Part shown: positions 8,917-20,700 of the stretch, in pieces
Layout: each line of letters begins with the position of its first letter
How positions within the stretch are numbered: the stretch's first letter is position 1
Assembly (NCBI GenBank): GCA_900751885.1
Contig: CAADTH010000050.1
Location: forward strand, 132,431 to 164,430
Length of the DNA stretch: 32,000 nucleotides
Direction of reading: 5' to 3'
Source of the DNA: Clostridia bacterium
GTDB taxonomy: Bacteria; Bacillota; Clostridia; UBA1381
Program-made: the position numbers and the translations under genes
The notes under the pieces: generated by a model
Seen by the model: the letters and a program-made list of their open reading frames with translations, nothing else
Databases searched by the model: none
What the model was told of the DNA's origin: nothing

Positions 8917-10479
8917 TTGTTTGAAAATTTATTTGAATATATTTATAATTCAAAACAAAAATTAAAAAAACAGCTAAAAATTTGTGATAAACCGTTATAT
9001 CCTAGCGGTGGCATTTGTATTGGAATCACCAAACATTTAATGCACGAAGATATTTACTATGTTGGTACAGATACCCACAGCTTATGTATTGGAGCAACTC
9101 GTTCTGGAAAATCCAGAAATGTTGTATTACAAAGTATAGGCTTACAAGCTCTGGCAGAAGAAAATATTATATGTTCAGACCCTAAAGGCGAATTAATGCA
9201 ATACACTCTCCCCTTTCTGGAACGTTTAGGATACAAAGTTTTTACATTGGATTTCAAAAATTCATTGAAAAGTTCACGATACAATTATCTAAAACCCATT
9301 ATTGATTATATGAAAGAAGATAATATAGCAAAAGCTATAGAAGCAACATGGGATATGGTTGCATCTTTAGTTCCTGACGGTCAACATACAGAACCAATAT
9401 GGCAAAATGGAGAAGCTTCTGTAATTGCTGGTTCTATAATGGCTGTAGTTTTTGATAATATGGAAAGACCTCAATTTCAAAATCTCGCCAACGTTTATCA
9501 TTTTATTAGTGAAATGTGCAGAACAATTAATGGAACAATGCCTTTAAACCAATATATTAATTCTTTATCTGAACAACATCCAGCCAGAGCATTGATGGGA
9601 ATTAGTGAAGTTGCCCCAAGTAAGACACGTGGAAGTTTCTTCACAAGTGCCTTAACAACACTACGTTTATTTACAAATCCTTATGTTGCAGATATGACAA
9701 TGGATAGTGACTTTGACGCAGAAAAGTTTGATAATAATAAATCTGCTGTATTTCTAATATTACCTGATGAAAAAACCACCTATTACAGTCTTGCATCATT
9801 ATTTGTCACTCAATTTTACGAACAACTTGTCAAAATCGCAGATGAACGTGGAGGACAGCTAAAAAGACGTACTAATTTTAATTTGGATGAGTTTGGGAAT
9901 TTTACTAAAATCCCATCATTTACGACTAAATTAACAGTCGGTGGCGGTAGACTTATTCGATTCCATCTACATATACAAGCTATAAATCAATTAGAAGAAA
10001 AGTATGGAAAAGAAATGCAACCTACTATATTAGGTAACTGTCAAACATGGATATATTTAAGAAGTGACGAAAATGATACAAGGAAAATGATTAGTGAAAA
10101 ATTAGGAACCTATACAGTAGCTACTTCATCACATAGCACTCAGTTTAATGGTTCAGCATTCGCTCCTGCAAATTTATCAGCAAGCTGTAATCTTACAAGC
10201 AGACCATTACTTACTGCTGATGAAGTGGGAATGATTAACCGACCTTATAGTCTTATAATGTCACGAGCTTATCCAGCTATTATGATTGCACCAGACATTT
10301 CACAATGTTATTTTAATGATATGTATGGTCTTGGAGATTCCGAACATAATCGTAAGTTACGTGAAGAGAGAGAAAGTAAGCGGAAGTCACGTACTTGTAT
10401 TGATAATATTCCTCTTTGGGGTATTTGGAATTTATATAATGGTTCTTTAAATATTGGCGGTGCAACACCAAATTTTTAA
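8917..10479 (+). CDS. VirD4/TraG-type coupling protein, nucleotide-binding and all-alpha domains (C-terminal part of the split T4CP).
   Basis: TTG start 8 nt after SD AAGGAGG. Walker A is IGATRSGKSR. The Walker B region is NFNLDEFGNFTKIP. The family-typical HIQAINQLEEKYGKE (Qs..QL...YG) is present. No TM segment is present in this ORF. Confidence 0.85.
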   Translation: MFENLFEYIYNSKQKLKKQLKICDKPLYPSGGICIGITKHLMHEDIYYVGTDTHSLCIGATRSGKSRNVVLQSIGLQALAEENIICSDPKGELMQYTLPFLERLGYKVFTLDFKNSLKSSRYNYLKPIIDYMKEDNIAKAIEATWDMVASLVPDGQHTEPIWQNGEASVIAGSIMAVVFDNMERPQFQNLANVYHFISEMCRTINGTMPLNQYINSLSEQHPARALMGISEVAPSKTRGSFFTSALTTLRLFTNPYVADMTMDSDFDAEKFDNNKSAVFLILPDEKTTYYSLASLFVTQFYEQLVKIADERGGQLKRRTNFNLDEFGNFTKIPSFTTKLTVGGGRLIRFHLHIQAINQLEEKYGKEMQPTILGNCQTWIYLRSDENDTRKMISEKLGTYTVATSSHSTQFNGSAFAPANLSASCNLTSRPLLTADEVGMINRPYSLIMSRAYPAIMIAPDISQCYFNDMYGLGDSEHNRKLREERESKRKSRTCIDNIPLWGIWNLYNGSLNIGGATPNF

Positions 10480-10498
10480 AATAGAAAGGATAAGAAAC

Positions 10499-10840
10499 AT
10501 GAAAAAATTTATTTATTATATAAAAAATAAAACTACAACTATTATTTCTCTAATTATGCTATTTTTCATAAAGACACAAAATGTATTTGCTGAAACACTT
10601 GAAGGTAGTAAAATTGCTACAGGTACAAAAAATCTAATTAATGATGCGACTAAATGGTTATTGGTATTAGCGCCAACAGTCACAGTGTTGCTTATTATTT
10701 ACTATTTAATTCGTAAAGGAATGGCTGATGAACAAGAACACAAGAAATGGAATAGTCGTATCATGGTGGCACTTGTTAGTTGTATTGGCGCAGTAGTTGC
10801 TAGTGTATTAATTAATGTTTTAACAAGCTATTTTAAATAA
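10499..10840 (+). CDS. Small secreted or membrane protein with VirB2/TrbC-like topology (signal peptide plus two hydrophobic helices).
   Basis: The ATG at 10499 has SD GAAAGGA 8 nt upstream, whereas the track start at 10454 lies inside the T4CP gene. Signal peptide ...TQNVFA/ET, then helices WLLVLAPTVTVLLIIYYLI and IMVALVSCIGAVVASVLINVL. The call rests on topology and position only. Confidence 0.45.
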   Translation: MKKFIYYIKNKTTTIISLIMLFFIKTQNVFAETLEGSKIATGTKNLINDATKWLLVLAPTVTVLLIIYYLIRKGMADEQEHKKWNSRIMVALVSCIGAVVASVLINVLTSYFK

Positions 10841-10870
10841 GGAACAGCCGAATTAGAAAAGAGGTGCATT

Positions 10871-11704
10871 ATGGAAGTTATATTAATTGCATTAATCAGT
10901 GCATTGCTTAGTGCCGCTTTACAATATGTAAATAATGTTTTAGTTACTATCGTACCAATCGCATTAAATGCAGAACAATATATGACAACTTTATTAGGTA
11001 ATACAGGATTTCAGGCAACTTTTGATTTATTATATAATTTTGGAATCAGTTTAATAGTATTAAAATTTTTGAAGCGAGGATTTGATACATATGTATGCTG
11101 GCAAGACGGAGACCCAAATTCAGACCCAATTAATCTTTTAGTGCAATTTCTAAAAGCTATTATTATAGCAACTGGATTTAAAATAATGTACGGTTGGATG
11201 GCAAGCATCGTACAGGATTTTTCAAACCAACTTTTGACAACCCTATCAGGTAGTTTAGATGATGGATTTGCGCAAGGCGTAATGGCAATGGCAAGTTTAA
11301 ACTTATTTAATGCCATCATAAGTCTAGTATTTTTCATTTGCTTTTTCTTTCTATATATAAAATTTTTAATGACTGGAATGGAATTGCTTGTAATGCGTTT
11401 AGGTTTACCAATAGCTTGTGTTGGCTTGCTGGAAAATGACAAAGGAGTTTTTGCGCCTTATATGAAGAAATTTTTTCAAAGTATGGCAACAATAATTGTT
11501 CAAATTGGTCTAACAAAACTATCTGTCGGCTTAATGATAAATGGTCATATATTTTGGGGAATTGCTGGAATGTTTCTTGCAATGAAAACGCCGAAATTCC
11601 TACAAGAGTTTATGATTACTTCTGGGGGTGGAAGTGGGATGAATACAATTTATCATACGACCCGATTGATTCAAATGGTTAAGTCAGCCGCAAAAAGTGG
11701 ATAG
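10871..11704 (+). CDS. Polytopic membrane protein, VirB6/TrbL-like T4SS channel component.
   Basis: SD AGAGGTG lies upstream of the ATG. There are about 6 predicted TM helices, the size is 277 aa, and the gene lies between the pilin-like gene and the VirB3/VirB4 genes. Confidence 0.5.
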   Translation: MEVILIALISALLSAALQYVNNVLVTIVPIALNAEQYMTTLLGNTGFQATFDLLYNFGISLIVLKFLKRGFDTYVCWQDGDPNSDPINLLVQFLKAIIIATGFKIMYGWMASIVQDFSNQLLTTLSGSLDDGFAQGVMAMASLNLFNAIISLVFFICFFFLYIKFLMTGMELLVMRLGLPIACVGLLENDKGVFAPYMKKFFQSMATIIVQIGLTKLSVGLMINGHIFWGIAGMFLAMKTPKFLQEFMITSGGGSGMNTIYHTTRLIQMVKSAAKSG

Positions 11705-11715
11705 GAGAATTAGTT

Positions 11716-11922
11716 ATGAATTTAGTTGATGATATATCAAGAATGTTAATATGGCTTATTCGTGCTGGTCTTACATTTCGAGTGTTATATTGCTGTTTTC
11801 GGTTAATTATGGCAGATGAAGAAGCAAATACATATAAGACAAGATTAAAGAATTCTCTTATATTTGCTGTGATTATAGAATTGGTATGGATAATTAAATC
11901 ATTAGTAATAAGTTATTTTTAA
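11716..11922 (+). CDS. Small membrane protein (68 aa).
   Basis: SD TAGGAGAA lies upstream of the ATG. Two hydrophobic segments are present. Function unknown. Confidence 0.45.
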   Translation: MNLVDDISRMLIWLIRAGLTFRVLYCCFRLIMADEEANTYKTRLKNSLIFAVIIELVWIIKSLVISYF

Positions 11923-11946
11923 CCTTGTGCGAATTTTGCACAAGGT
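11921..11946 (+). repeat. Copy 4 of the palindromic element: AACCTTGTGCGAATTTTGCACAAGGT.
   Basis: It begins inside the TAA stop (11920-11922). The stem is a perfect 9 bp (ACCTTGTGC/GCACAAGGT) with a 7-nt loop, followed by TTTT and then the SD of the next gene. Confidence 0.8.
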
Positions 11947-11966
11947 TTTTGAGTGGAGGTTATATT

Positions 11967-12293
11967 ATGGAAAATGAACAGCATCAAAAACTATATATGC
12001 CTAATAACGTTAAAACTCGTAGTGAATTTTTTAACGGTTTTGGGTTTACAGAATTATATCAAGCAATAGGAATTGTACTAATTGTTGGCGGTATATCAGT
12101 CCTAGCATTTTTAATTCATGGAAATTTACCTATACTGATATTATCTATATTAATTATCTGTGCCGTAGCGGTTACTATTCTTACAAAAGATGCAACAAAC
12201 CAAAGTGTTATTGATTACACAAAACATATGATACATTTTGCACATATTCAAAAAACATATCCATATCATTACAATCAGGAGGATTTCAAATGA
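11967..12293 (+). CDS. PrgI-family / VirB3-like T4SS membrane protein.
   Basis: The ATG at 11967 has SD GGAGG upstream, whereas the track start at 11925 lies inside the palindrome. YMPNNVKTRSEFFNGFGFTELYQAIGIVLIVGG followed by a second TM helix matches the PrgI-family pattern. Its stop overlaps the next start (ATGA). Confidence 0.65.
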   Translation: MENEQHQKLYMPNNVKTRSEFFNGFGFTELYQAIGIVLIVGGISVLAFLIHGNLPILILSILIICAVAVTILTKDATNQSVIDYTKHMIHFAHIQKTYPYHYNQEDFK

Positions 12294-12898
12294 AGTTATT
12301 TTCAAAAAAACAAAATGAAGAAGAAGTTAAAATACAGACAGCAAATGATTTTGTTAATATTAGAGATATAAAAGATAATATTTTATATACAAAAGATGGA
12401 TATATTTTTGCCTATATTCGTGTTAGTCCTATTGCTCTTGACCTTTTATCCAGTGCAGAAAAAAAAACTATAACACATAGCCTAACTACAGAAATGTCAG
12501 CAGAAAATAAACCATTTAAATTTTTAAGTATCTCGCGACCAGTTGATATAAGTAGTTTGGTAGATGATATGTATGATTCATATATGACGGCAGAAACACA
12601 AGCTCAAAAAGATATTTTAAAGAATGGGATTGATACTATCAATCATTTTGCGCTGAGTGGCGAAGTAATTGAACGACAATTCTATCATATCATATGGAAT
12701 ATTTATGATGATGATTCAGAAGAAACTTTGATGAATCGTGCGAATGAACTTTGTAATAAATATATAATGTGTGGTATTGATGCAAATTTGCTAAACCAGG
12801 TTGAAATTATACAACTATGCAATCTTTTTGCAAACCCATCATACAGTCACTTAGAGGATGGGAATGTTGAAACAACAATCCCACGGTTGGAGGAATAA
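12290..12898 (+). CDS. 202-aa protein resembling the extreme N-terminal segment of the roughly 800-aa Firmicute VirB4 ATPases (ConE/Orf16/CD1110 type), here a separate ORF.
   Basis: It is translationally coupled to prgI. The pattern FVNIRDIKDNILYTKDGYIFAYIRVSPIALDLLSSAEKK matches my recollection of VirB4 N-termini (i.dg.i...dg.y..il.v.piNf.l.s..E). Together, 202 aa plus 616 aa come close to a full-length VirB4. Confidence 0.55.
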   Translation: MKLFSKKQNEEEVKIQTANDFVNIRDIKDNILYTKDGYIFAYIRVSPIALDLLSSAEKKTITHSLTTEMSAENKPFKFLSISRPVDISSLVDDMYDSYMTAETQAQKDILKNGIDTINHFALSGEVIERQFYHIIWNIYDDDSEETLMNRANELCNKYIMCGIDANLLNQVEIIQLCNLFANPSYSHLEDGNVETTIPRLEE

Positions 12899-12899
12899 T

Positions 12900-14750
12900 A
12901 TGATAATATCAAAACATAAAAAACAAGAAACAATCCCTGTTAATAATTCATTATTAAATGTTGTAACACCTATTGGTCTGGAGTTTAAACGCTCCAGTTT
13001 TTTTATTGGCGAATTAATGTGCAAAATGTATGGAGTTATTAAATATCCTCAAGAAGTACCTATTGGTTGGTTATCAAAAGTTAATAACATTTCTTCAAGT
13101 ATTGTATGTCAGGTTTTTACTCCTGTTGATAATGCCGCATTGATAGAAAGTATTAGCCAAACAGTACGACAGAAAAGTGGTGAAGCTGAAAGCACACGTG
13201 ACCCTTTAGCAAGACAACGTGCATTAAAGTCTATTGAGGAAGGTGAACAAGTCATGAAGCAAATCGACCAAAATAATGAAACAGTTGGGTACATGTCTAA
13301 TGTTATAATGACAATGGGTAAGAATGAAAAACTGTTCACATCTGCTTGTAGAAAAACAGAAAGTATTCTTGCTGGTATTCATTGTAGAACTCGTGGTTTA
13401 GCAAATCTCCAAATTGAAGCTCTTAAAACACTTTCTCCATATTACGTGCCAGAAACTACTATTGGAAATATGTTGAATCGTGTTACTCCTGAATCAACAT
13501 ATGTTGGTGGATTCCCTTTTAGTTCATCATCATTTTCTGATGGACGAGGATATTATTTTGCTAAGGACTCTAGTGGTGGTATGGTAGCACTAGACCAATG
13601 GATACGAGCAGGTGACCGTACCAATTCTAATTGGGTAGTAATGGGGGTTGCAGGACAAGGTAAAAGTGCAACTACTAAGCATATAATCAGCGAAGAATAT
13701 GCACGTGGAACAAAAGTTATTGTTATTGACCCAGAAAGAGAATATAAAGATTTAACATATCTGTTAGAAGGAGATTGGATAGATGTTGGTGGTGGTTCTA
13801 AAGGACGTATAAATCCATTACAAATTAAACCTTTACCGATGGACGATGATGAAGAATCAGAAGATAAAGAATCAAATGATAATTTAAGATTAAATCCTAC
13901 TGGTTTAGGTGATTTGGCAATGCACTTAAAAACGCTCGATATATTTTTTAGTCTTTATCTACAGGATTTAGATGATATTCAAAAAGCTCTTTTAAAAGAC
14001 ACCTTGATAGAAATTTATCGTCAAAAAGGAATTGTATGGGAAACTAAAGTACAAAATATGACTAATGATATGTTTCCAATAATGACAGATTTATATAATG
14101 AACTTATAAAACGTAGCAATAATAAAAGTCTATCTAAACATGAATCCGTCGCATATCTTACTCTCTCTTGCTTGCTAAAAGACATTGCAGAAGGAAGTGA
14201 CCAATTTATGTGGAATGGTTTTACCACAATAAGTACTAATTCAAAATTTATTTGTCTTGATACTCACAATCTACAAAATGCTTCTGATGAGATAAAAAAA
14301 ACACAATACTTTAACATACTAACATGGGCATGGGAACAAATGGCACGTGATAGAAATGAAAAAGTGCTTCTTGTATGTGACGAAGCATATTTGCTTATTG
14401 ACCCTCGTGTACCGCAAAGTTTAGTGTTTTTAAGAAATGCCGCAAAACGAGCAAGAAAATATGAATCGGGTTTAATGATAATTAGCCATAGCGTGGTTGA
14501 TTTCCTCGACCCTGCTGTAAAAATGTATGGTCAGGCGTTATTAGATTTACCATGTTATAAATTACTGTTTGGATGCGATGGTCAAAATTTAAAAGAACTT
14601 GCAGATTTATATAATCTTACAGATGCCGAAAAGGAATTACTAAATGCAAAACGAAGAGCAGTTGCATTATTTGTCGTTGGTGCAAAACGATTAAGTATCA
14701 AATTTGATTTACAACATAAATTAAAATACATTTCTGGTGGTGGCAGATAG
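12900..14750 (+). CDS. virB4: VirB4-family T4SS ATPase (main body).
   Basis: The ATG at 12900 follows SD GGAGGAA and lies 1 nt after the stop of the preceding ORF, in a different frame. The N-domain motif is YPQEVPIGWLSKV. Walker A is GVAGQGKSATTK and Walker B is LLVCDEAYLLID. Confidence 0.9.
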   Translation: MIISKHKKQETIPVNNSLLNVVTPIGLEFKRSSFFIGELMCKMYGVIKYPQEVPIGWLSKVNNISSSIVCQVFTPVDNAALIESISQTVRQKSGEAESTRDPLARQRALKSIEEGEQVMKQIDQNNETVGYMSNVIMTMGKNEKLFTSACRKTESILAGIHCRTRGLANLQIEALKTLSPYYVPETTIGNMLNRVTPESTYVGGFPFSSSSFSDGRGYYFAKDSSGGMVALDQWIRAGDRTNSNWVVMGVAGQGKSATTKHIISEEYARGTKVIVIDPEREYKDLTYLLEGDWIDVGGGSKGRINPLQIKPLPMDDDEESEDKESNDNLRLNPTGLGDLAMHLKTLDIFFSLYLQDLDDIQKALLKDTLIEIYRQKGIVWETKVQNMTNDMFPIMTDLYNELIKRSNNKSLSKHESVAYLTLSCLLKDIAEGSDQFMWNGFTTISTNSKFICLDTHNLQNASDEIKKTQYFNILTWAWEQMARDRNEKVLLVCDEAYLLIDPRVPQSLVFLRNAAKRARKYESGLMIISHSVVDFLDPAVKMYGQALLDLPCYKLLFGCDGQNLKELADLYNLTDAEKELLNAKRRAVALFVVGAKRLSIKFDLQHKLKYISGGGR

Positions 14751-14787
14751 CAATTTGTTTTCAAAATTTAATTGGAGGTTACGTATT

Positions 14788-17700
14788 ATGAATAAACGAT
14801 TTACATCACTTTTACTGGTTTTTACTATTGTCATTTCTTTGGGAGCTAATGTAATGGCAAGTAACTACAATGATGTCCCTGATTCACATTGGGCTGCTGA
14901 ATATATTGAATTATTAACACAAAAAGGAATATTAAAAGGCACACCTAAAGGCGAATGTTTACCAGACCAAAATATCACACGTGCAGAATTATCTGCATTA
15001 ATATCACGTAATTATGACCAAGATGAATATGTTGATATGGCAGTTAATACCTTTTCTGATGTACTTGATACCCACTGGGCAAAAAAAGACATTGAACGGC
15101 TTGTTAAACACTCAGTTATATTGCCAAATGAATATAAAAATGGATTTTATCCAGACATAAATGCAAGCAGAATTGAAATGATACGTATGATAGTTCGCTG
15201 GCTAAATAAGGATAGTAACGTACCATCAAAAATGACCCCTACTGGATTTAGTGATGATATTGATTTATCACCTGAGGATAGAGGGTATATAAATGTTGCT
15301 CGTGATATTGGATTAATAAGTGGTTATCCTGATAATTCTTTAAAACCACAAAATCCCATAACACGTGCTGAAGTATTTAAAATATTATGTATTGGATTAA
15401 ATGAAAAATCCAAACCATCTTATTTTATTATTTTTGGTGGAAATAGTAGTGGCAGTGGCTCTCAAAAAACAGTGCCAAAGCCAACTGTAGAATTTGCGTT
15501 ATCTCCTTATGCACATACTGATACAGAAATTGAAGTATCTACAAAAAATAAAAATGTAAAAAGTATAATATGGCAAATAAGAAAATATGATAATGAACAA
15601 AAAAAATACAATAAGGTGGATATAAATAATGTTATAAATGGCTCACTAAATGACAGTGGAGGAACAATACGTTTTAACCAAAGTGGTAAATACGAAATTG
15701 TCGCTATTGCCAGTAATTCAAAAGGTACTGAATATGAATATAAAAAAGAAATTAATATTTATGATGTACCAACATTAACATTACAATTAAACGAAAATGA
15801 ATATATAGATAATGAAATCAACATTATTTTAACCAATAATATTGATTCATTAAATCATAATATTGATTGGTATATTACTGATGAAACAGGACAAAAACAA
15901 CACTATACAGAGTTTACTAATGGTGAACTGAGTAAAAACGGTGGTACAATAAAATTTAAAACAGATGGAAAGTACATTATATCTGCAAATTTAACTGATG
16001 AAACTAACAGAGTTTTTACCATTGAAAAAGCAATCACCATTTTCCCTATTCCTATAATTAATATTACAGCAAATGAAAAAGTTATGATAGATGAACACGT
16101 TCCAATTAATATTGTGCTAAATCATATTGGTGATAAAGAAATAAAATGGTTTATATCTAAAAACAATGATATAAAACCTTATAATGAATACGCAAAAGGA
16201 ATATTAAGTAATGACGGTGGTAGTATATACTTTGAAAATCAGGGACAGTATGAACTAATTGCGCAAGTAACGGATGAACTTAATAAACAATTTGAATACT
16301 CTACTAGTATAAAAGTTTATCCTATACCAATACTTAATTTTAATTTACCTGAAACAGCGCATACCGATTCAATAATTAATATCGAAAACAATTTTAATAA
16401 TATTGATGGTTTAGATGTTTGTTGGAAAATTCAAAAAGAATCATCTGAACCTACAGATTACACAGAATATGTCTCTGGAGAACTCTCAAATACTGGTGGA
16501 AAAATTGTTTTTAAAGAAGAAGGTGCTTATACATTAACTGCAAATATAGTAAATGAACTAGGGAAAACTTATTCTTTTAGCGATACGATTATTATATATC
16601 CAGTAATTTCCCCTATCTTATCAGTACCATCAGTGAGCCATATTGATTCAACGTTTCATATATCATTGTCTGATACTGAAAGACAAAATGTAGAATGGAA
16701 AATATCAAAAAATAATAGTGAGTTACAACCATATAATAATTTTACTGACAATATTTTATCTGTAAATGGTGGCAATATTCAATTAAAGCAAGATGGAAAG
16801 TATAAAATTGTTGCAATTATTACAGATGTCACAGGTAGACAATTTATCACTGAATCTACAATTATAATTTATCCTATTCCTACTGTCAATTTTGATATTC
16901 CGATATATGCACATACGGATACACAAATTGAAATTAATCCAATAACCACAAATATTGAGAATAACGAAATAACGTGGACTATTATTAAAGATGATATAGA
17001 GAAACCATATAATGAATATGTTACTGGTGAATTGCATCAAAATGGTGGTACAATCACCTTTTTAAATAATGGTACATACTCTATAAAAGCAACTTTTGAA
17101 GATGCTTCAGGACGTAAGTTTGAATCCTTAAAAACAATAAAAATATACACTATACCTATAGTTGAATTTGGCGAATTTGGATTACCTAATATAGCACACA
17201 CTGATACAAGTATTCTAATAAAACCTGAACTGACAAATATAGAAAATCTAAAAATTGAATGGTTGATTTCAAAAAATCAAACTGACCCATTACCATATAA
17301 TGAATATGTTGATGGGAGTTTAGAAAATACAGGTGGCACAATCAAGTTCAAGGATAAAGGTGAATATGAGTTGATTGCAATGATTACTGATGATGTAGGA
17401 CGAAAATACACATATAACTCTAACACAAAAATTTATCCAGTTCCTATAATAAATCTTAATGTACCAGATATAGGGCATACCGACAGTTTAATTAATATTA
17501 ATAATGATAATTCCGAATTAAACAACTTAGATATTATATGGAGTATGACTAAAGATGGTAGCACAGAACAAGATTATTCTATCTTTACATCAGGTAAACT
17601 AAATAATACAGGTGGTACAATTTCCATACTTCAAAAAGGTAATTATGTACTTATTGCAACCGTAATTGATGAAACTGGACGTGTTTTTTCCTCCTCAAGC

Positions 17701-20700
17701 AACTTAAAGATTTATCCAGTCCCAGATATATTAATATATGCACCTAAATCAGCTCATACCGACACACCAATCAATATTACAACAAAAACTAACGAACTTG
17801 ACAATTTGACCATAAAGTGGTCAATAAAAAATAATGATAATAATAGTGACATTGATTATTTTACCAATAATGGCGGCACTATACATCTTGAATCACAAGG
17901 AGAATATATAATTATCGCAACTGTAATTGATGAAACTGGACGGAGTTTTAAAAGTGAAACCCAAATAAAGATTTATCCTATACCTGATTTATCATTCGAT
18001 ATACCTCTATACTCTCATACTGATACCCAATTTTCTGTTATTACACATTTTTGTGATGTTAATAATACTGTTAGTTGGTATGTAAATGAAGAAAACCAAG
18101 TATTAAGTTCAAATGGCGGTACTCTATTATTAAGTCAAAAAGGAGACTATAATATAACCTCACAAGTAACAGACGATACTGGACGCACGTTTAAATATAC
18201 AAAATCTATAAACGTTTATCCAGTCCCAATAGTTAACTTTAGACGTGATAGTAACGCAGAGTTTGTATTACCCGAATATGGATATGTTAATCAAAGTATT
18301 ACAATCATACCAGAACTAAAAGAATTAAATGATTTATCAATAAAATGGTTAATATCAAAAGATGGAAAAGAAGCTAAAGACTATTCTGCATACGCACAAG
18401 GAATTATGACTGCTGACGGAGGAATTTTAACTTTTCCAAACACAGGTCAATACAATTTAATAGCTCAGATTTCCGATAAAGTAAATCGAGTATTTGAATA
18501 CACTGAATCTATTATCATAAATTCAACACCTTCATTGTCTTTTAATATGCCTGAACATAGTTACAAAGAAGAAAGTATTAATATTACTGCTGTGGGCGCA
18601 GAAAACAACACTTTTGAATGGAAAATATCAAAAGATAATAAAAATCCTCAACCTTATACAGAATATGTTGATGGGATACTAGAAACGAATGGAGGTTCTA
18701 TAAAATTTAAAGAAAGCGGAAATTATAATCTTATATTCACAGTAACAGACGAAGCTGGTAAGGTTTTTAGTTTTTCTAAACGAATTAAAATATTAGACAT
18801 TCCAAATGTTGAAATTACATTACCAGACAATACACACATTGGTGAAACCGTAAAAATAACACCTAAAATTGAACATGCTGATAATCTAAAAATACAATGG
18901 AAACTAAACAATAAACCATACCAATATTTTGCAAATGGCACATTATCAGATAATGGCGGTTCTATTGAATTTGTTATACCTGGGGAATACATTTTATCTG
19001 CAACAATGATTAATGAATACGGACGGGAATTTGTATACACTTCAAATATCATAAAAGTATATGATAATCTATATCCGTCTTTTATCTCCCCATTATACAG
19101 TTCTATAAATACAGATGTTAGAATCACTGTATTAGAGGGAAATAATATAAAGTGGACTATACAGTATAATAATGATGCAGAACAAGACTATAATAACGTA
19201 GTTGATGGTATGATTACTGATAATGGTGGTACAATCAGCTTCACTAAGGCTGGTAACTATACAATTATAGCTACAACAACCGATACAATCGGAAAAGAAT
19301 TTAAATATACTCAAAATATTAAAATTTATGACATACCTACAGTTACAATTAATTGTAATGAAAAATATCACGCCAATGAAGAAATTAATTTATTTACTGA
19401 CCTAACGAATATGGAAGGCTTAGAAATAAATTGGACTATCTCAAAAGATGGAAATGTTGCAGAAAATTATTTGAAATATGCTTCGGGAGTACTTACTAAA
19501 GATGGCGGTACTATTTTCATAAAAGAACCAGGAGAGTATAATATTATAGCATTAGTTACAGATAAATTAGGGATTTCACATGAATTTTCAAAAACAGTCC
19601 ATATAATAGATGTACCTTATATTGATTTAAATATGCCACAATCTGCTTTTATAAATGAGAATATTAATATTAAAGTTAATAATTATTCAAATGATAATAG
19701 CATAAACTGGTTGATTAAAAAAGGTGATGATACAGCACAAGATTTATTAACATATGCTGATGGTGTTTTAAATGAACAAGGTGGAACTATCAAATTTAAA
19801 TCAGAAGGACATTATACTATAATAGCAGAAATAACTGATTCATTAAATAGTAAACATCAATATTCAAAAGAAATTGATATTTTCCATAGTTCTTCTTTGA
19901 AATTAACAACCCCTCAATACAGTTATATCAATGCCAATATTAAAATATTAGTTGAAGCTAACAATCTTCAAAAAACATCTCTAAAATGGCAAATTTCAAG
20001 GGATAATGGAGAGCTTGAAAATTATATTACATACGCTAACGGAACACTAACAGACGATGGTGGTTCTATCTCATTTGATGCTCCTGGAATATATAAAGTT
20101 GTTGCAACTGGTTATGACCAACTTAATAATATTGTAACCTCTGAAGCTACAATCAATATTTTTGAACTACCCAATATAGGTATTACAATGCCGAGTACAG
20201 CACACACAAACAAAGCCGTAATAGTTGCTACTACTAATCAAAACACAGAAGATGCTACAGTTTCATGGTATATCTCTAAAGATGGGGATGAAGAACAGAT
20301 ATATACTAAATATGTTACAGGAGAGTTGAACAAAAACGGCGGGTATATTACATTCAATGAATCAGGAAGTTATACAGTTTTTGCAAAAGTAGTTGACAGG
20401 AACGGAAAAACATTTAAATACCATTCTACTATTACCATTTATGATAATCCAGAGATTGGTATTGATATAGTTTCGGAATCTTATATAAATAAAAGTATTA
20501 AAATACTAATTAATTCATCTGGTTTAAAAGACATAAGTTGGTCTATTGCAAAAAACGGAAAAAATGCAGAAAACTATTTAAAATATGCAACTGGAACATT
20601 AACAAATATCGGCGGTTCTATTTCATTTGATGAAGCAGGAACATATAAAATTATTGCTTCTTCTGTTGACGACACTGGTGAAAATCATATTGCTGAATCA

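Noticed and set aside
7872-14750. The idea that the split T4CP and split VirB4 mark a decaying, non-functional element.
   Set aside because: Every other gene is intact, including a 7.9-kb ORF. Both splits fall at domain boundaries, and the downstream halves have their own SDs and start codons. Decay cannot be excluded, but it is not the most parsimonious reading, so the splits are reported as findings instead.
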